The notes below the pieces were generated by a model. It was given only the letters and a program-made list of their open reading frames with translations. It was not told the DNA's origin and did not search any database. From Octopus sinensis (Eukaryota): a DNA stretch of 64,000 bases. Positions 12,074 to 25,029 of the stretch are shown here, piece by piece. Numbering within the stretch: the stretch's first letter is position 1; each line of letters begins with the position of its first letter. The stretch lies in the NCBI RefSeq assembly GCF_006345805.1, contig NC_043005.1, forward strand, positions 51,460,001 to 51,524,000, written 5' to 3'. Made by a program: the position numbers and the translations under genes.

Positions 12074-12539
12074 ATATATAATTATAAGTAAGGCCAAAAG
12101 AAAAAAATTTCTAATGCCGAAAATAGAGACGTCAATAACCATGTAATTAATTAGTACAAGCATGTATTTCAAAGAAAGCTGACAGAAATTTCTAAAAAAT
12201 TCCGTTATTACCATATCAGACCCAATTTCAGAGTTAGTTCATAAGAACCTTCTCTTCATCAGTGATTAATGCGGTAAAGAAATAAGTGAAATACTTACTT
12301 CACTTCCGGATATATATATATATATATCTTACTTCACTTCCGGATATATATATATATATCTTTATTGCCCACAGGGGGCTAAACATAGAGGGGACAAAGG
12401 GATTAAGTCGATTACATTAACTCCAGTGTGTAACTAGTATTTATTTAATCAACCCTGAAAAGATGAAAGGTAAAGTCGATCTTGGTGGAGTATACATTAA
12501 TATATATATGTATATATATACATATATATATATATATAC

Positions 12540-12725
12540 ACCTGTGCGGGTGGCACGTAAAAAGCACCCACTACACTCACGGAGTGGTTGGCGTTAGGAA
12601 GGGCATCCAGCCGTAGAAACACTGCCAGATCAGACTGAGCCTGGTACAGCCTTCTGGCTTCCCAGACCCCAGTTGAGCTGTCCAACCCATGCTAGCATGG
12701 AAAGTGGACACTAAATGATGATGAT
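12540..12725 (+). mobile_element. V-domain-type SINE 3' part with (GAT)n tail
   Basis: GGCGTTAGGAAGGGCATCCAGCCGTAGAAAC (recalled V-SINE core) followed by CCATGCTAGCATGGAAAG and GATGATGATG. Further copies at ~24273(+), 34765(-), 36540(-), 43545 and 45600(-). Confidence 0.7.
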
Positions 12726-14204
12726 ATATACATATATATATATATATACACATATATATATACATATATATATATATACATACACACACACACACATATA
12801 TATACACACACACACACATATATATTTATATATATATATATATTAATTATGATAAAGTGTATTAAGATGATTACAATGTGGAAGGGAAAATGTAACCACT
12901 TAAGAATAGACTAAATCATATTGTATCTACTCTTTGTTTATTTCATTATAATACTGTCCATTATGACATGCTAAAAAGTTTTGTTGTACTTTATAATCTG
13001 GGTCTGCTGTGTCAGTGACCAAGTTGCAGAAAAAGCATTTTGAAAATTCATAATAGACATTACTGTTAAGAAATAAATTAGAAACGGATATAACAATTTT
13101 TTCTCTGTTCTTAAATTAGCTAAAACGATTTTCCAATGATGTAATTATTTAAGTTTTGACTTGCCTGACAATTACATCACTGAAATAGAATAGCGAATAT
13201 ATAAAATTTATAGGCAACAGGATATATATAACATAACACTACTGCTATTTAGAAAATAGCCATGCTTGTGATATGCAGAAAAGGAGTAAGAAGGAATTCT
13301 ATGTGGTGTTTCATATGTAAACAATGGATATGCAATAAGTGCAGTATGATCACAGGCTGGCTGACAGAGAATGAATATCTCGTTTTTGTCTTTTATTTTT
13401 TACTTGTTTTGATCATTGGACTGTGGTCATGCTGGAGCACTGCCTTGAAGGATTTAGTTGACAAAATCAGAACTTATATTTTTGAAGTCTGGTGCTTTTT
13501 GTTGTTGGTCTCTTTTTGCTGAGTTGGTAATTTTTAAGGGTGTTTTAGTTTAGTCCACCACTACCATCACCAGTTTTCAAGTGGGGGTGAGGGACAAACG
13601 GACATAGACAAAGACATATACACTCACGCATCTTTTATCTTTTACTTGTTTCAGTCATTAGACTATGGCCATACTGGGGCACCACTTTGAAGAATTTTAA
13701 GTTGAATGAGTCAACCCTAGTACTTACTGTGCTTTAAGCCTGGTACTTATTCTATTGGTCCCCTTTGTCAAACTACTAAGTTATGGGAGCATAAACACAC
13801 CAACACCAGTTGTTAAGCCATGGTAGGGGACAAAGACATACACATGCGCATGCACACACACATAACTGGCTTCTTTCACTTTCTGTGTACCAAATCCACT
13901 GACAAGGCTTTGGTTGGCCCAGGGCTATAGTAGAAGACACTTGCCCAAGAATTCTTGCTGTGGAACTGAACCCAAGACCACATGGTTGAGAAGCAAGCTT
14001 CTAAACTACACAAGTACACCTGAAGGTGTACAGAAGTATTGGGTTGTCAGATGAATTTGTTTAGGTTTTTTTTTTCCTTTTATTTTAATTCTTTCCAATG
14101 TTATTTGAATTAACATGAAAAATGTTTTTATCATAGTATTCTTTTCTGTAGCTCTATTTTTTCTCTACAACATTTATTGTTTTTGAAATTGCAATAAGCT
14201 TTAC

Positions 14205-14273
14205 CTCTTTTCAGACACATAACGATGGCATGCCAAGTCGGAGAAAACTCAACAAATATCTGACATCTCAGTG
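14205..14273 (-). CDS. Candidate internal exon (69 nt) of the putative divergent gene
   Basis: Acceptor tacttttactttttctgataag| and donor GAG|gtaaag. One open frame: LRCQIFVEFSPTWHAIVMCLKR. No homology recognised. Confidence 0.25.
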
Positions 14274-14923
14274 CTTATCAGAAAAAGTAAAAGTACCCAC
14301 AAAAAGTATTCACAAAGGATATATAGTCGTAGGAGTGGCTGTGTGGTAAGTAGCTTGCTTATGAACTACATGGTTCCAGGTTCATTCCCTCTGCATGGTA
14401 CCTTGGGCAAGTGTCTTCTACTATAGTCTCGGGCCAACCAAAGCCTTATGATTGGATTTGGTAGGCGGAAACTGAAAGAAGCCCATCATATGTATATGTA
14501 TGTATGTATGTGTGTGTGTGTATATGTGTGTCTGTGTTTGTACCCACAAAATCACTTGACAATTGATGCTGGTGTGTTTACATCCCCGTAACTTAGCGGT
14601 TCGGCAAAAAAGACTGGTAGAATAAGTACTTACAAAGAATAAGTCCTGGTCAAGGAATCAAAACTGCAATCTTGCGATCATGAATGCTATGCGTCTCCAT
14701 GGAAGAAGAAGACGAAAGAAGATGTGGGAAGAAGTGAGGAAAGTTTATTTCAAAAGACTGAACTTCATGAAGGAAGTGGAGACACATGAAGATTGAACTT
14801 CATGAAGGAATGTGGAGACACATGAAGGAGGAGAAAAATGTGGAGACAGAGTGTACACTGGAGAAGATCCATCAAAACCATACAAACATAATAAAACAGA
14901 TATGAAAATGACGCTGCTGCTGC

Positions 14924-15448
14924 TCTTCTTCTTCTCTTCCTCCTCCTTCTTCTTCTTCTTCTTCTTCTTCCAATCAAGACTCACGGCATTAGCCACAAAG
15001 AATAATCTCTAATTCGAGCCTACTCTAAGGTACAAAGAATATGTGTGACAACTTGAAGATCCACCCACCACATGCAATGGGTTGGCGGTTGCACGGGCAT
15101 GAAAGCTACATTGTTATCCTCATTCCATAAACGGTGGCTTTTAACAGGTGGAGAGCTGAACCATCCTGGGATACAAGAGGATTCGCAATCTAGGCTAGGG
15201 TCTGAAAGTTTACCACACCGTAGTGGGTTACACCATGGTTCCTCTGCTTTGTGGCAGAAGTAGGAAGAAAGAGTGAGCGAAAGTTGTGGTGAAAGAGTAC
15301 AGCGAGGTAACCCCCCCTCCCGCCACAGCCTCGTGGAGCTTAGGTGTCTTTGCTCAATAAACAATCACAATGTCCAGTCTGGGAATCGAAACCGTGTTCG
15401 TATGACCACGAGTCAGCTGCTCTAACCGCTGGGCCATTGTGCCTCCAC
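14924..15448 (-). mobile_element. SINE, head type A with a long tail ending in (GAA)n; 15-bp TSD
   Basis: TSD TGACGCTGCTGCTGC at 14909-14923 and 15449-15463. Head GTGGAGGCACAATGGCCCAGCGGTTAG..GGTTTCGATTCCCAGAC. Confidence 0.85.
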
Positions 15449-16931
15449 TGACGCTGCTGCTGCCACCAGAGCCAATGATTACTGTGTCTGTGTCTTAAGA
15501 GGGCAAATTGTTAGGATTGTTAGCATTTTGGCTAGAATACTTCATAGTATATATTCTGAGTTTCTACAGTTTGAGTTCTAATCACAGCTGATCCAACTTT
15601 GTTTTCTGTCTTTTCAGGTTTTTTTTAAAATACCAGTCTAAGGTGATAAACAGCATTTTTTGTGGTATCTCTTCTGGCTTTTTGCACTTGGAATAGCAAT
15701 ACTTGCACTGGCACTGGTGCAGAGCTGTTTGGGCCTCAACCCTTTGACATTCGTATTACTCTGTCAAATGAAATACTTAATTATTTGCATTGTTTTGATT
15801 TAATCAGGCATTATCTCATAGCCTTCAGATTTCCATGATGTGATTGTTGTTCATTTTTAGAATGATATTGTAGACTAGGTGTGAGAAGCCAGATCTTGCT
15901 GGTTTGAACATAAAATAGGTAGGACGTTTTGACCGGATGGTGTCAATTTAAAGACTTAAGGGTTAACCTTTTAGCATTCAGGTTACTTTGGCAAATGTAA
16001 TGCTTATTTATTCCCATTCTTTTGAATTTAATTATACATTATCTTGTAGCTTTGGGATTTCAATGATGAGATTGAATCAATTTGATCCCCTCCCACAAGC
16101 TGCCCTTATGGCAAAAATTTGAAATCTTTATTCAGTTTATTTCAAGATTTCTTGCCAATAGAAAAAGAACCGGTTTCTAACCTAGATCCAAGATTCCTTC
16201 ATTGGAATTTTAACATGAACAACGGTATTTTTGTTTGTTTTTGTTGTTTTTGTAAAATCTCAGAAAATAATTAAAAATTCACATTTTTTATCAAATTATT
16301 TTGTTATATTTGTCTATCTATCCAGATTTGTATGTTTTATGAATGTATTCTCATGCATATAGTTGCATATCTAGACATGCTCATATATATTTAAAGGATA
16401 AACTTATGTATGCATGTATATATTTATGTATGTATATATGTATGTATGTATTTTTATGTATGTGTGTTTGTACATGTGTGTGTTTAGGTATGTCTGTATA
16501 TATATGTGTGTGTATGTCTACACAGATATGTTTGTGGCATATTTTAATGTTTAAAGGCAATTTCACTGCAATTTGCTGCTCAATGGCTCCTTCTGCTGGA
16601 TCCCTAGACACTTTAAAATATGTCACAAACCCATCTGAACTAACCTTGTGTTTATTTATTTCCCACTACTGCTTCTTGCTAGTATGTGTATATTTGTTCT
16701 AACCAGATGGTCTACAAGTTCAAATCAGTCAGTATTATTGACCGACACATAAAGCTATGGCTTTCTAATCTGATCAGGATTACTTCTCTCTGGTATTCTC
16801 TACTGAGAAAGGCATAGGGAGTCAGAAATACATTTAGGGTTCCAAGACAGGGTAACTGAGCTGATGATCATGTATTTACACCTTTATTATAAGCAAGAAC
16901 TTTTTCTCCAGGGTAAACTGCAACAAAATTG

Positions 16932-18220
16932 TGTTTGGAAGTTAACATGTGCCACTAAAATATTTGAATTAACCTAAAGTTTGTTTATTTGCCATCACCG
17001 CACTGCTTTATTCTGTTAGTTGTAATATGTACACAGACATGACAGAAGTAAATAGACATCCTTACACTCATTAAAATTTATTTAAATCTGAAATTATACA
17101 TTCAAATTATTTATTAATCATTATAATGTGAATATATAATATTTAGTAGACATTCTCCTTGCACTTTTCAATGCAAGGATCTTATTAGGCATGTTACAGA
17201 TCAGATTATGAATATCCTCTTGAGGAATTTCTTGCCAAGTTTCTTGCAGTAATCTCAAAAGATCTGGCTTTGAAGATACTTTCTTGTTCTTTTTATGAAA
17301 TGTCCTGTCCATTATATCCTAGAGGTGTTCAATAGGGTCCATGGAAGCTTTTTAATGCCATTCTCATCCAGCAAATCTTGGGTCATTTTAGCTGTGTGAC
17401 AAGGAGCCCCATCTTCCATAAATAAAGAGTCTTCTTTAATCATTTTTCCATTGGAGAAGATTGGAAGGAGTCCTTTCTGCAATATGGACACATATTTATC
17501 TGAGTTTATGTTTCCCACACACTCCACCATTTCTGATTAACCATTGCTCCAAATTGGCTCCCAGACCATCACAGAATAGCTACTGTGTTTCATTGTTGGC
17601 TGCAATCTTTTCACATCAAATTCTTGATCACAGAGTCTCCAAACCCACACTCGACCACAGTTAGGAAATACAGCAAATCTGGACTCATCAGAGAATATGA
17701 CTGTGTCCTAAAATTCTAGTGGCCTCTCCACCATCTCACTAGCCCAATCTTTTCTCCACTTGATGTTAGCTGATCAAAGAAGTGGCTTCTTTCTTGCTGC
17801 TCTGCCATAGTAACCAAGTTTGTAGAGGTACCTGACAGCTGTTCTGGGACTTAACATCAACTTGTTCTGCTATGTTAGAGGCCTTGCAATGAGGATCATC
17901 CTCCACACTTCTCTTAGCAAAGAGAAAGGTCCTGTCAGAGGGCCCTGGTTGATCTGGGCGATGTGATGTGGACTCCTTCCCTTCCCTCTCTGGTGACTTG
18001 CACAATCACTCTATTAACTGTAGAAAGCAGGATCCCAAGGTTTTTGTGATTTTACACTGACTATGTCCCCCTTCATAAAGAAGAATGGAGAATTATGCAT
18101 CTTCAAAATTTGCTATTACAATATTATTCTCATTAAATTCCAATCTGACACGTGTTCCTGCTGGATAAGTGTCCATTGATGTAGCATTTGTGTGCATTTA
18201 ATTGATTCAGTTGCAGTAAT
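16932..18220 (-). mobile_element. Decayed Tc1-family (DD..E) transposon
   Basis: Fragments TVIFSDES, FMEDGAPCHTAK, W-[deletion]-PIEHL and LQETWQEIPQEDIHNLICNMP..LALKSARRMSTKY*. A ~200-bp terminal repeat at 16932-17130 directly follows the stop. Multiple frameshifts. Confidence 0.85.
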
Positions 18221-18229
18221 ATTCATCTA

Positions 18230-18540
18230 GTGGAGGTGCAATGGCCCAGTGGTTAGGCCAGCGGACACACAGAGGATCACGGTTTCGATTCCCAGACCGA
18301 GCGTTGTGTGTGTTTATTGAGCGAAAACACCTAAAAGCTCCACAAGGCTCCGGCAGTGGGTGGTGGCGACCCCTGTTGTACTCTTTCGCCACAACTTTCT
18401 CCCACTCTCTCTTTCTGTTTCTTGAGTAACGCTGTGATGGATTGGTGTCCTGTCAAGCTGGAGGGAACACATACGCCATAGAAACCGGGAAACCAGGCCC
18501 ATGAGCCTGGCTAGGTTTGAAAAGGACGACAAAAAAAAAA
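18230..18540 (+). mobile_element. SINE, head type A, tail type 1, poly(A); 12-bp TSD
   Basis: TSD AATATTCATCTA (18218-18229) and AATATTAATCTA (18541-18552). tRNA-like head and A-tail. Confidence 0.85.
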
Positions 18541-18585
18541 AATATTAATCTAACATATTCATCAAACATAGACTTTCCTATGTAG

Positions 18586-18935
18586 TGTTTGGAAGTTAAA
18601 ATGTGCCACTAAAATATTTGAATTAATCTAAAGTTTGTTTATTTGCCATTGCTGCACTTGCTTTATGCTGTTAGTTGTATATGTACACAGACATGACAGA
18701 AGTAAATAGACATCCTTACAATCATTAAAATTTATTTAAATCTGAAATTATACATTCAAATTATTTATTAATCGTTATAATGTGATTATTTAATATTTAC
18801 ATGCAGCTGGGATAAGTAAACTAAATGCACACAAATGCTACACCAAAGGACTTCAGAACATTTGTCCAGCAGAAACATGTGTTGAATGTAATGAGAATAA
18901 TACTGTAATAAAAAAATTTTTTAAATGTATAATTC
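18586..18935 (+). mobile_element. Second Tc1 end fragment: direct copy of 16932-17130 plus inverted copy of 18090-18220
   Basis: 18586-18785 differs from 16932-17130 at about 10 positions. 18797-18935 is a more diverged reverse complement of 18090-18220. Confidence 0.75.
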
Positions 18936-19518
18936 TATATTCTACTTTGTGATGTCTTGATTTTACACACACACAAACACATACATATATACATACATAC
19001 ACATACACTAACATATATATATATGTGCGCACACACACACACACATATATATACATACATATGTATATATATGTGTGTGTGTGTGTATGTATATCTATCT
19101 ATCTATATCTATACACACACACACACACACATATACATACAAACATACATACATATATACATGCTTACATATGTAAACTTGCACACACAGATATATGCAA
19201 ATTTTGTTTTATGTATGTACATACACGTACGCACATACACATGTGTATGACAAAGTTTAAATTTCTAGCTATGTATGTATATATATTATACATATACAAC
19301 ATACATACATACACACACAAACACACATACACTTACATGCATATGCTTGTGTGAATGCATGTGGTATGTGCGTTTCAGCACTAAATTTTAATATTTTCAA
19401 AATTTAAAAAATTGTTCCTTCATTAATTTTTTTTTTTTAAATTCGATACGGAACAAGTGAAATGTTGCAACATTTACAAGCGTCGAAATTTGTGTATGTA
19501 TTCCATATGTACCTTAGA

Positions 19519-19572
<54 letters not shown>

Positions 19573-19748
19573 ATATGTGTGTGTGTCTACTACCTCTTGT
19601 AACTGAAAGGCAGCATTCTTTTCTTGAAATTATTTAAAAAATTAAATAACAAAAAAAAATTTATAAAATGACTGTAAAAAACCATTTGAAATTGAAGTTT
19701 TCCTTTTTAAGTTGTAATATTAGTTAGTCACTGAGAGTTACCTCCCAT

Positions 19749-20248
19749 GCTTACCATCCTCTGTAACGTTTTTTTCAGTCACTAGATGTCGCCTGAAATA
19801 CTTCAGCCATCAGCACTCAACGGTACGGAAACAAAGATGGCGTAGGGACCTCGTCTATCCGTTCGACGCTGTTGGCCGGACTGATCAATAGCTGGTCGTC
19901 GTCCTTCTTCTTCAAAGTGCATCCTGAATCGACGATTTTTCCCACTACAAGAACAATGTATTTATTTTTTAAACTATTTCGAATATTATCTCTCTGAAAA
20001 AAACACACGCAGTCATCTACATATACACTCATCATTATATGCTTGTCTTCACCCTCTATAACTATATTGCCTTTCTCTTTACTCTCTCTATATAGTTATA
20101 TGCTGTTTACTCTCTGTACCCCTCTCTCATTTTCTACAACTCCTCCTCCTGTAACTTTGCTCTCCAACTCCGTCTTCGTCAAACTGCTCTTAACGTTAGT
20201 GATTATTACACCACACACCGATCAGCCTTCGCTGTGGTGACCACCACC
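19749..20248. promoter_or_regulatory. Probable bidirectional promoter / 5' region between TADA2B and a divergent gene
   Basis: CpG-containing, repeat-free stretch with a YY1-type motif AAGATGGCG at 19834-19842. The minus strand has ATG (19755-19757) followed directly by the consensus donor gtaagc. Strong Kozak context CCACCACCATGG at the TADA2B start. Confidence 0.5.
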
Positions 20249-21700
20249 ATGGCTAACGCTCGGTGCGGCAATTGCGAATTAGAGTTCGATTCTAGCTATA
20301 TCCATTGTACTGAGTGTCCAAACTTCGACGTGTGTCTTATATGTTTTGCAAACGGTGCTGAGATCGGTAATCATCTCAGGGACCATAGCTATAAAATCAT
20401 GCATCTAACTGTCAGAACAGTGAATGTGTTTGAGACTTCTAAACCTTGGAGCCTGGCTGAAGAAACCATGCTTCTGGATGCTGTAGAGCAATACGGTTTT
20501 GGTAACTGGGAGGATGTTGCCAATCACGTTAAAAGTAGAACTTTGTCCGAGTGTCAAGAACATTACGTTACCTTTTATATTCACGGCAATGTTGGCGCAA
20601 TTAGTTTCCCTGATGAAAACACCAGGTCAAACTACCGCCCCATTCCGGATAGCACCCCTCCGATCAAAAAAGAGAAGAGTACCTCTGAAAACAACGAAGG
20701 AAGTGGAGATGCTTCTGGTGATAATGCAAGTTGTGATATCAATGGTTTAAGTAACGGATCACCCATGCCCCTTGTTGACTTAACAGCAGCCGAGCAGAAA
20801 GACCTTGGTTACATGATGTTACGTGGTGACTTTGAAAGGGAGTATGATAATGATGCTGAAGCAGTGATCAGTTCGATTGCAATAAACTATGACGATGAGG
20901 AACTGGACATCTTGTTCAAGCTGTCTCAGGTAGACCGCTATCGAAGTCGTTTGGCTGAACGAGAACGAAGGAAAAGGCTAGCATGTAAGTTTGGACTTCT
21001 TTCAACCAATGCCTTATTTTCAAACAACAATACCAGTGGTAAACCAAAGTCACAGCAGACCAAGAAGACCAAATCCTCATCGTCAAGTTCAGCTGGTTCA
21101 AAAGATGACAAAGATGTCATCGATAGAATGCGAGTGTTTGCTCGTTTCCAGACATTCCATGAACACAAGCAGTTTTGTGACAACATGCAACGCGTCAAAG
21201 ACGTGCGCTGTCACATAAAAGACCTCCTCAGGTACCGACGAAATGGCTTGACCAAATCGAACGAAGTGGAGCTTTTTGAAGAAGTGAAAATTAAAAAAGA
21301 GCGTCGAGCTGACAGAAGCAAAAAAGTAGCAAACTCCTTGATGAACAAACGTTCCATGTCTTCATCATCGACACTTGTATCAAAGAAAAATGAATGCAAA
21401 CTGGACATTATAATTGATGACGATGATGAAAATCCGGACGATTGTGATGATGAAAGCACCAAGGATATGTCCTCCCTCCCTAACTATGAACAACTTTCAA
21501 ACAGCGAAAAGAGACTTTGCAGTAGTCTTCGCTTAACTCCATCCAACTACATAACTATAAAAACTTCTATCATCAGAGAATCTTTGCAACGACAGCATGG
21601 ATATCCAGTTAAAATTCGTTATCCAAGTTACTTGGACAAAACACATCGACGGAAAATAATTAATTTTCTGACAAACAATGGTTGGATTTGTGTCACTTGA
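20249..21700 (+). CDS. TADA2B: Transcriptional adapter 2-beta (SAGA HAT module subunit ADA2b), 483 aa, uninterrupted CDS
   Basis: ZZ finger (CGNC..CTEC..CLICF.GAEIGNH..DH), SANT (WSLAEETMLLDAVEQYGFGNWEDVANHV), YVTFYIHGNVG, ADA box LGYM.LRGDFEREYDNDAE, and a SWIRM-like C-terminus (LSNSEKRLCSSLRLTPSNY). These are colinear with the recalled human TADA2B. Start set at the Kozak ATG, not the upstream GTG. Confidence 0.95.
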   Translation: MANARCGNCELEFDSSYIHCTECPNFDVCLICFANGAEIGNHLRDHSYKIMHLTVRTVNVFETSKPWSLAEETMLLDAVEQYGFGNWEDVANHVKSRTLSECQEHYVTFYIHGNVGAISFPDENTRSNYRPIPDSTPPIKKEKSTSENNEGSGDASGDNASCDINGLSNGSPMPLVDLTAAEQKDLGYMMLRGDFEREYDNDAEAVISSIAINYDDEELDILFKLSQVDRYRSRLAERERRKRLACKFGLLSTNALFSNNNTSGKPKSQQTKKTKSSSSSSAGSKDDKDVIDRMRVFARFQTFHEHKQFCDNMQRVKDVRCHIKDLLRYRRNGLTKSNEVELFEEVKIKKERRADRSKKVANSLMNKRSMSSSSTLVSKKNECKLDIIIDDDDENPDDCDDESTKDMSSLPNYEQLSNSEKRLCSSLRLTPSNYITIKTSIIRESLQRQHGYPVKIRYPSYLDKTHRRKIINFLTNNGWICVT

Positions 21701-21896
21701 TAAACTTCTCATTGCAAATAATCATTCTTTGGCCCCAAAATCCTAATTTGTTTTTATTTTATACAGTATTTTGGAAGATAAAATATGAAGTAATTTTAAG
21801 TAAGTATAAAAAATTTTTATTTGAATCATTTCAAACTTTATATATATACACATACATGTATATATATTTATAAATATAATCATATATATATTTATA

Positions 21897-21932
<36 letters not shown>

Positions 21933-22055
21933 GTATATATACATATATATACATGCATATATATATATATATATATGTATAAAGATTACAAAAATTCATG
22001 TATACTGGCATTGAAGGTGGGTGTTAAAAGATATATATATATATATATATATGAT

Positions 22056-22193
22056 TTACACATTGCTGAGAATGTATATCCTTGTGGATTTTTCTTCATT
22101 ATTAAAAGAAGCAGGTTCTATTAATCTGTACCTTGGAAAGGTGAGTTTGATGTGGTCTAAAATCTTGCAATGGTGTGAATTCCTCCAAAGGTA
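22056..22193 (-). CDS. Candidate last coding exon of an unidentified gene convergent with TADA2B
   Basis: Acceptor cttac...ttttgcaccatcacttgtccgtcag| precedes YLWRNSHHCKILDHIKLTFPRYRLIEPASFNNEEKSTRIYILSNV*. Minus-strand AATAAA at 21816-21821. Confidence 0.5.
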   Translation of the reverse strand, partial: YLWRNSHHCKILDHIKLTFPRYRLIEPASFNNEEKSTRIYILSNV

Positions 22194-22239
22194 CTGACGG
22201 ACAAGTGATGGTGCAAAATATGGCAGTAAGTGTGTGTTC

Positions 22240-22254
22240 ATGTGTGTGTGTATA

Positions 22255-22314
<60 letters not shown>

Positions 22315-22585
22315 ATATGTATACATATATATATGTACACCTATACACACACATACATATATATATAATATGTATACTATATATATGTACACCTATACAC
22401 ACACATACATATATATGTGTGTCTGTTTATATATATATATGTACACATATATACACACATATGTGTGTGTGTATATATATATGTATATATAGATATGTAT
22501 GTATAGATATATATGTATGTATATATATATGTATGTATAGATATATATGTATGTATAGATATATATGTATGTATAGATATATATG

Positions 22586-22638
<53 letters not shown>

Positions 22639-22651
22639 GTATGTATAGATA

Positions 22652-22685
<34 letters not shown>

Positions 22686-22740
22686 ATATATATATATATG
22701 TATGTATATATATATGTATATATATATGTATGTGTGTAGG
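22240..22740. repeat. Long compound (TA)n/(TG)n/(TATG)n microsatellite
   Basis: Directly visible; source of the YIYI/CVCV ORFs. Similar tracts at ~8440-8560, 36000-36290, 37250-37412, 59265-59356 and 60085-60255. Confidence 0.95.
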
Positions 22741-22881
22741 GCATACAGCTGTAAAATCCGTGCCAGAAACAGACATAGTAGCTTGTGGTAGTTTTTCCAC
22801 CTGACTGGATCCTGTCAACCATCCTACCCATACATGCATGGAAGATGGACGTTAAATGATGATGGTAGATATATATATATG

Positions 22882-22920
<39 letters not shown>

Positions 22921-24756
22921 TACACACACACACACACGCCATATTCTGTCGAACTGTCCAATCCATACCAGATAAGGTGACTGATGTAAAATGTTGATGT
23001 GTATGTATTTAGGCTTTTTTTTTTTTCTTTAATTTGCCAACTCAAATGAGGAAGTACCAATGATCTTTTATGATACGTTTGTGACTGGCATAGGAAACAA
23101 AGGAAATACCATGGGTCATAACATAATCCAAAACCAGATGGCTACGGTGAAAGTTTCTTAACGCAGCAAACAATGCCTGCTACAGTATATATCTTTTATC
23201 TTTTACTTGTTTCAGTCATTGGATTGCTGTCTTATTGGAGCACTGCTTCAAGGTGTTTTAGTCAATCCAATCGACCCCCACAACTACTAAGTGTTTTTAA
23301 CTTTGGGACTTATTGTATCATTCTCTACTACCAAGCTTCTAACTTATGGGGATGCAAGCAATCCAAAATTGGTTATGAAGCAATGGAGAGGAAGCAAACA
23401 TACACACACGCACACACACATACATACATACATAATGCCCTTCCACAAGTTTCCATCTTCCAGGTTCACTTCCAAGGTGTATTAGTTGACCTGGAGTCCA
23501 TAATAGAAAGTACTTGCCTGAGGTGCCATGCAGTAAGATTGAACCTAAAACCATGTGATCGCAAAGTCAGCTTCTCAACCCCCACAGCCATGCCTGCACT
23601 TGTTTGTATGTATGTGTATATATCATCATTATCGTCATTGTTTAATGTCTGCCTTCCATACTGGTATGGGTGGGAGTTTGACAATTTGGCAGGATTTTTA
23701 CAGCCTGATGCCCTTCCCATCAAGAATCACCCAACAGACAGTGGTGAGTGTATAGGGATAGATTATCCAGGCAGTTACCATGGTAGCTCTCAGGTATATT
23801 CCAGGTTACTGCTAACTGCATCAAGTAGAAATAAGTGTCATTGATTGCTTAGTATTAGCAATCCCAGCTTTAATTCCTGATGAGTAGCTCCAGGTTCTGT
23901 GGATTGTAAATATTATCAGGAATGTAGATTTCAAACAATTATAAAGAATATGGAGACTGGTACATCAAATTTTTCTTTTAATCTCACAGCTGGTTTTGAT
24001 GACCAACACATTTTAATTTTTACAAAGGAAAGGTTGAAAGTGACTTCGAAAGTTAAGGTTGCTTGCTCTCATCAAACACTATAACTTGACATATAAATGT
24101 GTGTATATATATATATATATATATACTTGGGTGTGCTTGTTGTTTATACTTACACAGGACAAAATCTGGTGTTAATGTTGTGCCATTTATTTTATGTCTT
24201 ATTGGGAAATGTTACAACAATGATTGATCAGTAAACTATGTATATACATAGAGAGATATATATGCTCACACATGAAGGGCATCCAGCCGTAGAAACACTG
24301 CCAGATCTGACTGGGCCTGACGAAGCCTTCCAGCTTCACAGACCCCAGTTGACCCGTCCAACCCATGCTAGCATGGAAAGCGGACGCTAAACGATGATGA
24401 TGATGATGATGATACCAGTCTTATAAAAATAATTACTGGGGTCAATATGATCCTCTGTATGGCAGCTGTCCAGTGACTAAAGCCAGTGAAGGCTTTTCTG
24501 TATATATATATGTGTATATATCTTACACACACACATATATGTATATATATATAGACTTCGGTGACAGGATTGACGTGAACTAGTGAACATATTCATAAAT
24601 ATATATATATATAGGACTTCAGTTTTCACATAGGTATTTCAAAGTTACAAAATCTATAAAATGTAATAAATTTGGCATTTGCATTTATTTTTTTTATCAC
24701 AGAAATCTGTACTATTAACAATACATATGTTTCAATAATAGGAGTGTGTGTATATT

Positions 24757-24788
<32 letters not shown>

Positions 24789-25029
24789 TCATACAAACAT
24801 ACACACACTCACACATACATACTCATATATACACTACAAAATTGTTAGTGATAGGAAGGGTATTTCACCATAGAACAGAAGCCAGAAATGAAATATACTA
24901 GTGAGATGTCCTATGACCCGGCTGACCTGAGATTCTGTGGAAAGTGAATTTAAAATGATGATGATGATGCACATATTATATTGTATATTTTGTATACATG
25001 AATGTTTCGCCAATGGGCATGGCCTTGGA

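Noticed and set aside
18230-18305. tRNA-like sequences here and at other SINE heads
   Set aside because: A/B boxes are present, but each continues into a SINE body with tail and TSD, and no complete cloverleaf is evident.
20234-20248. GTG-initiated 5-aa N-terminal extension of TADA2B
   Set aside because: The ATG at 20249 has an optimal Kozak context and aligns with the start of the ZZ domain.
22230-22966. Long ORFs of [12 protein letters not shown] composition here and throughout the window
   Set aside because: They are translations of (TA)n, (TG)n and (TACA)n microsatellites, which lack stops in some frames.
23173-23844. 223-aa ORF
   Set aside because: It runs through adjacent SINE fragments and a CA microsatellite; no domain is evident.
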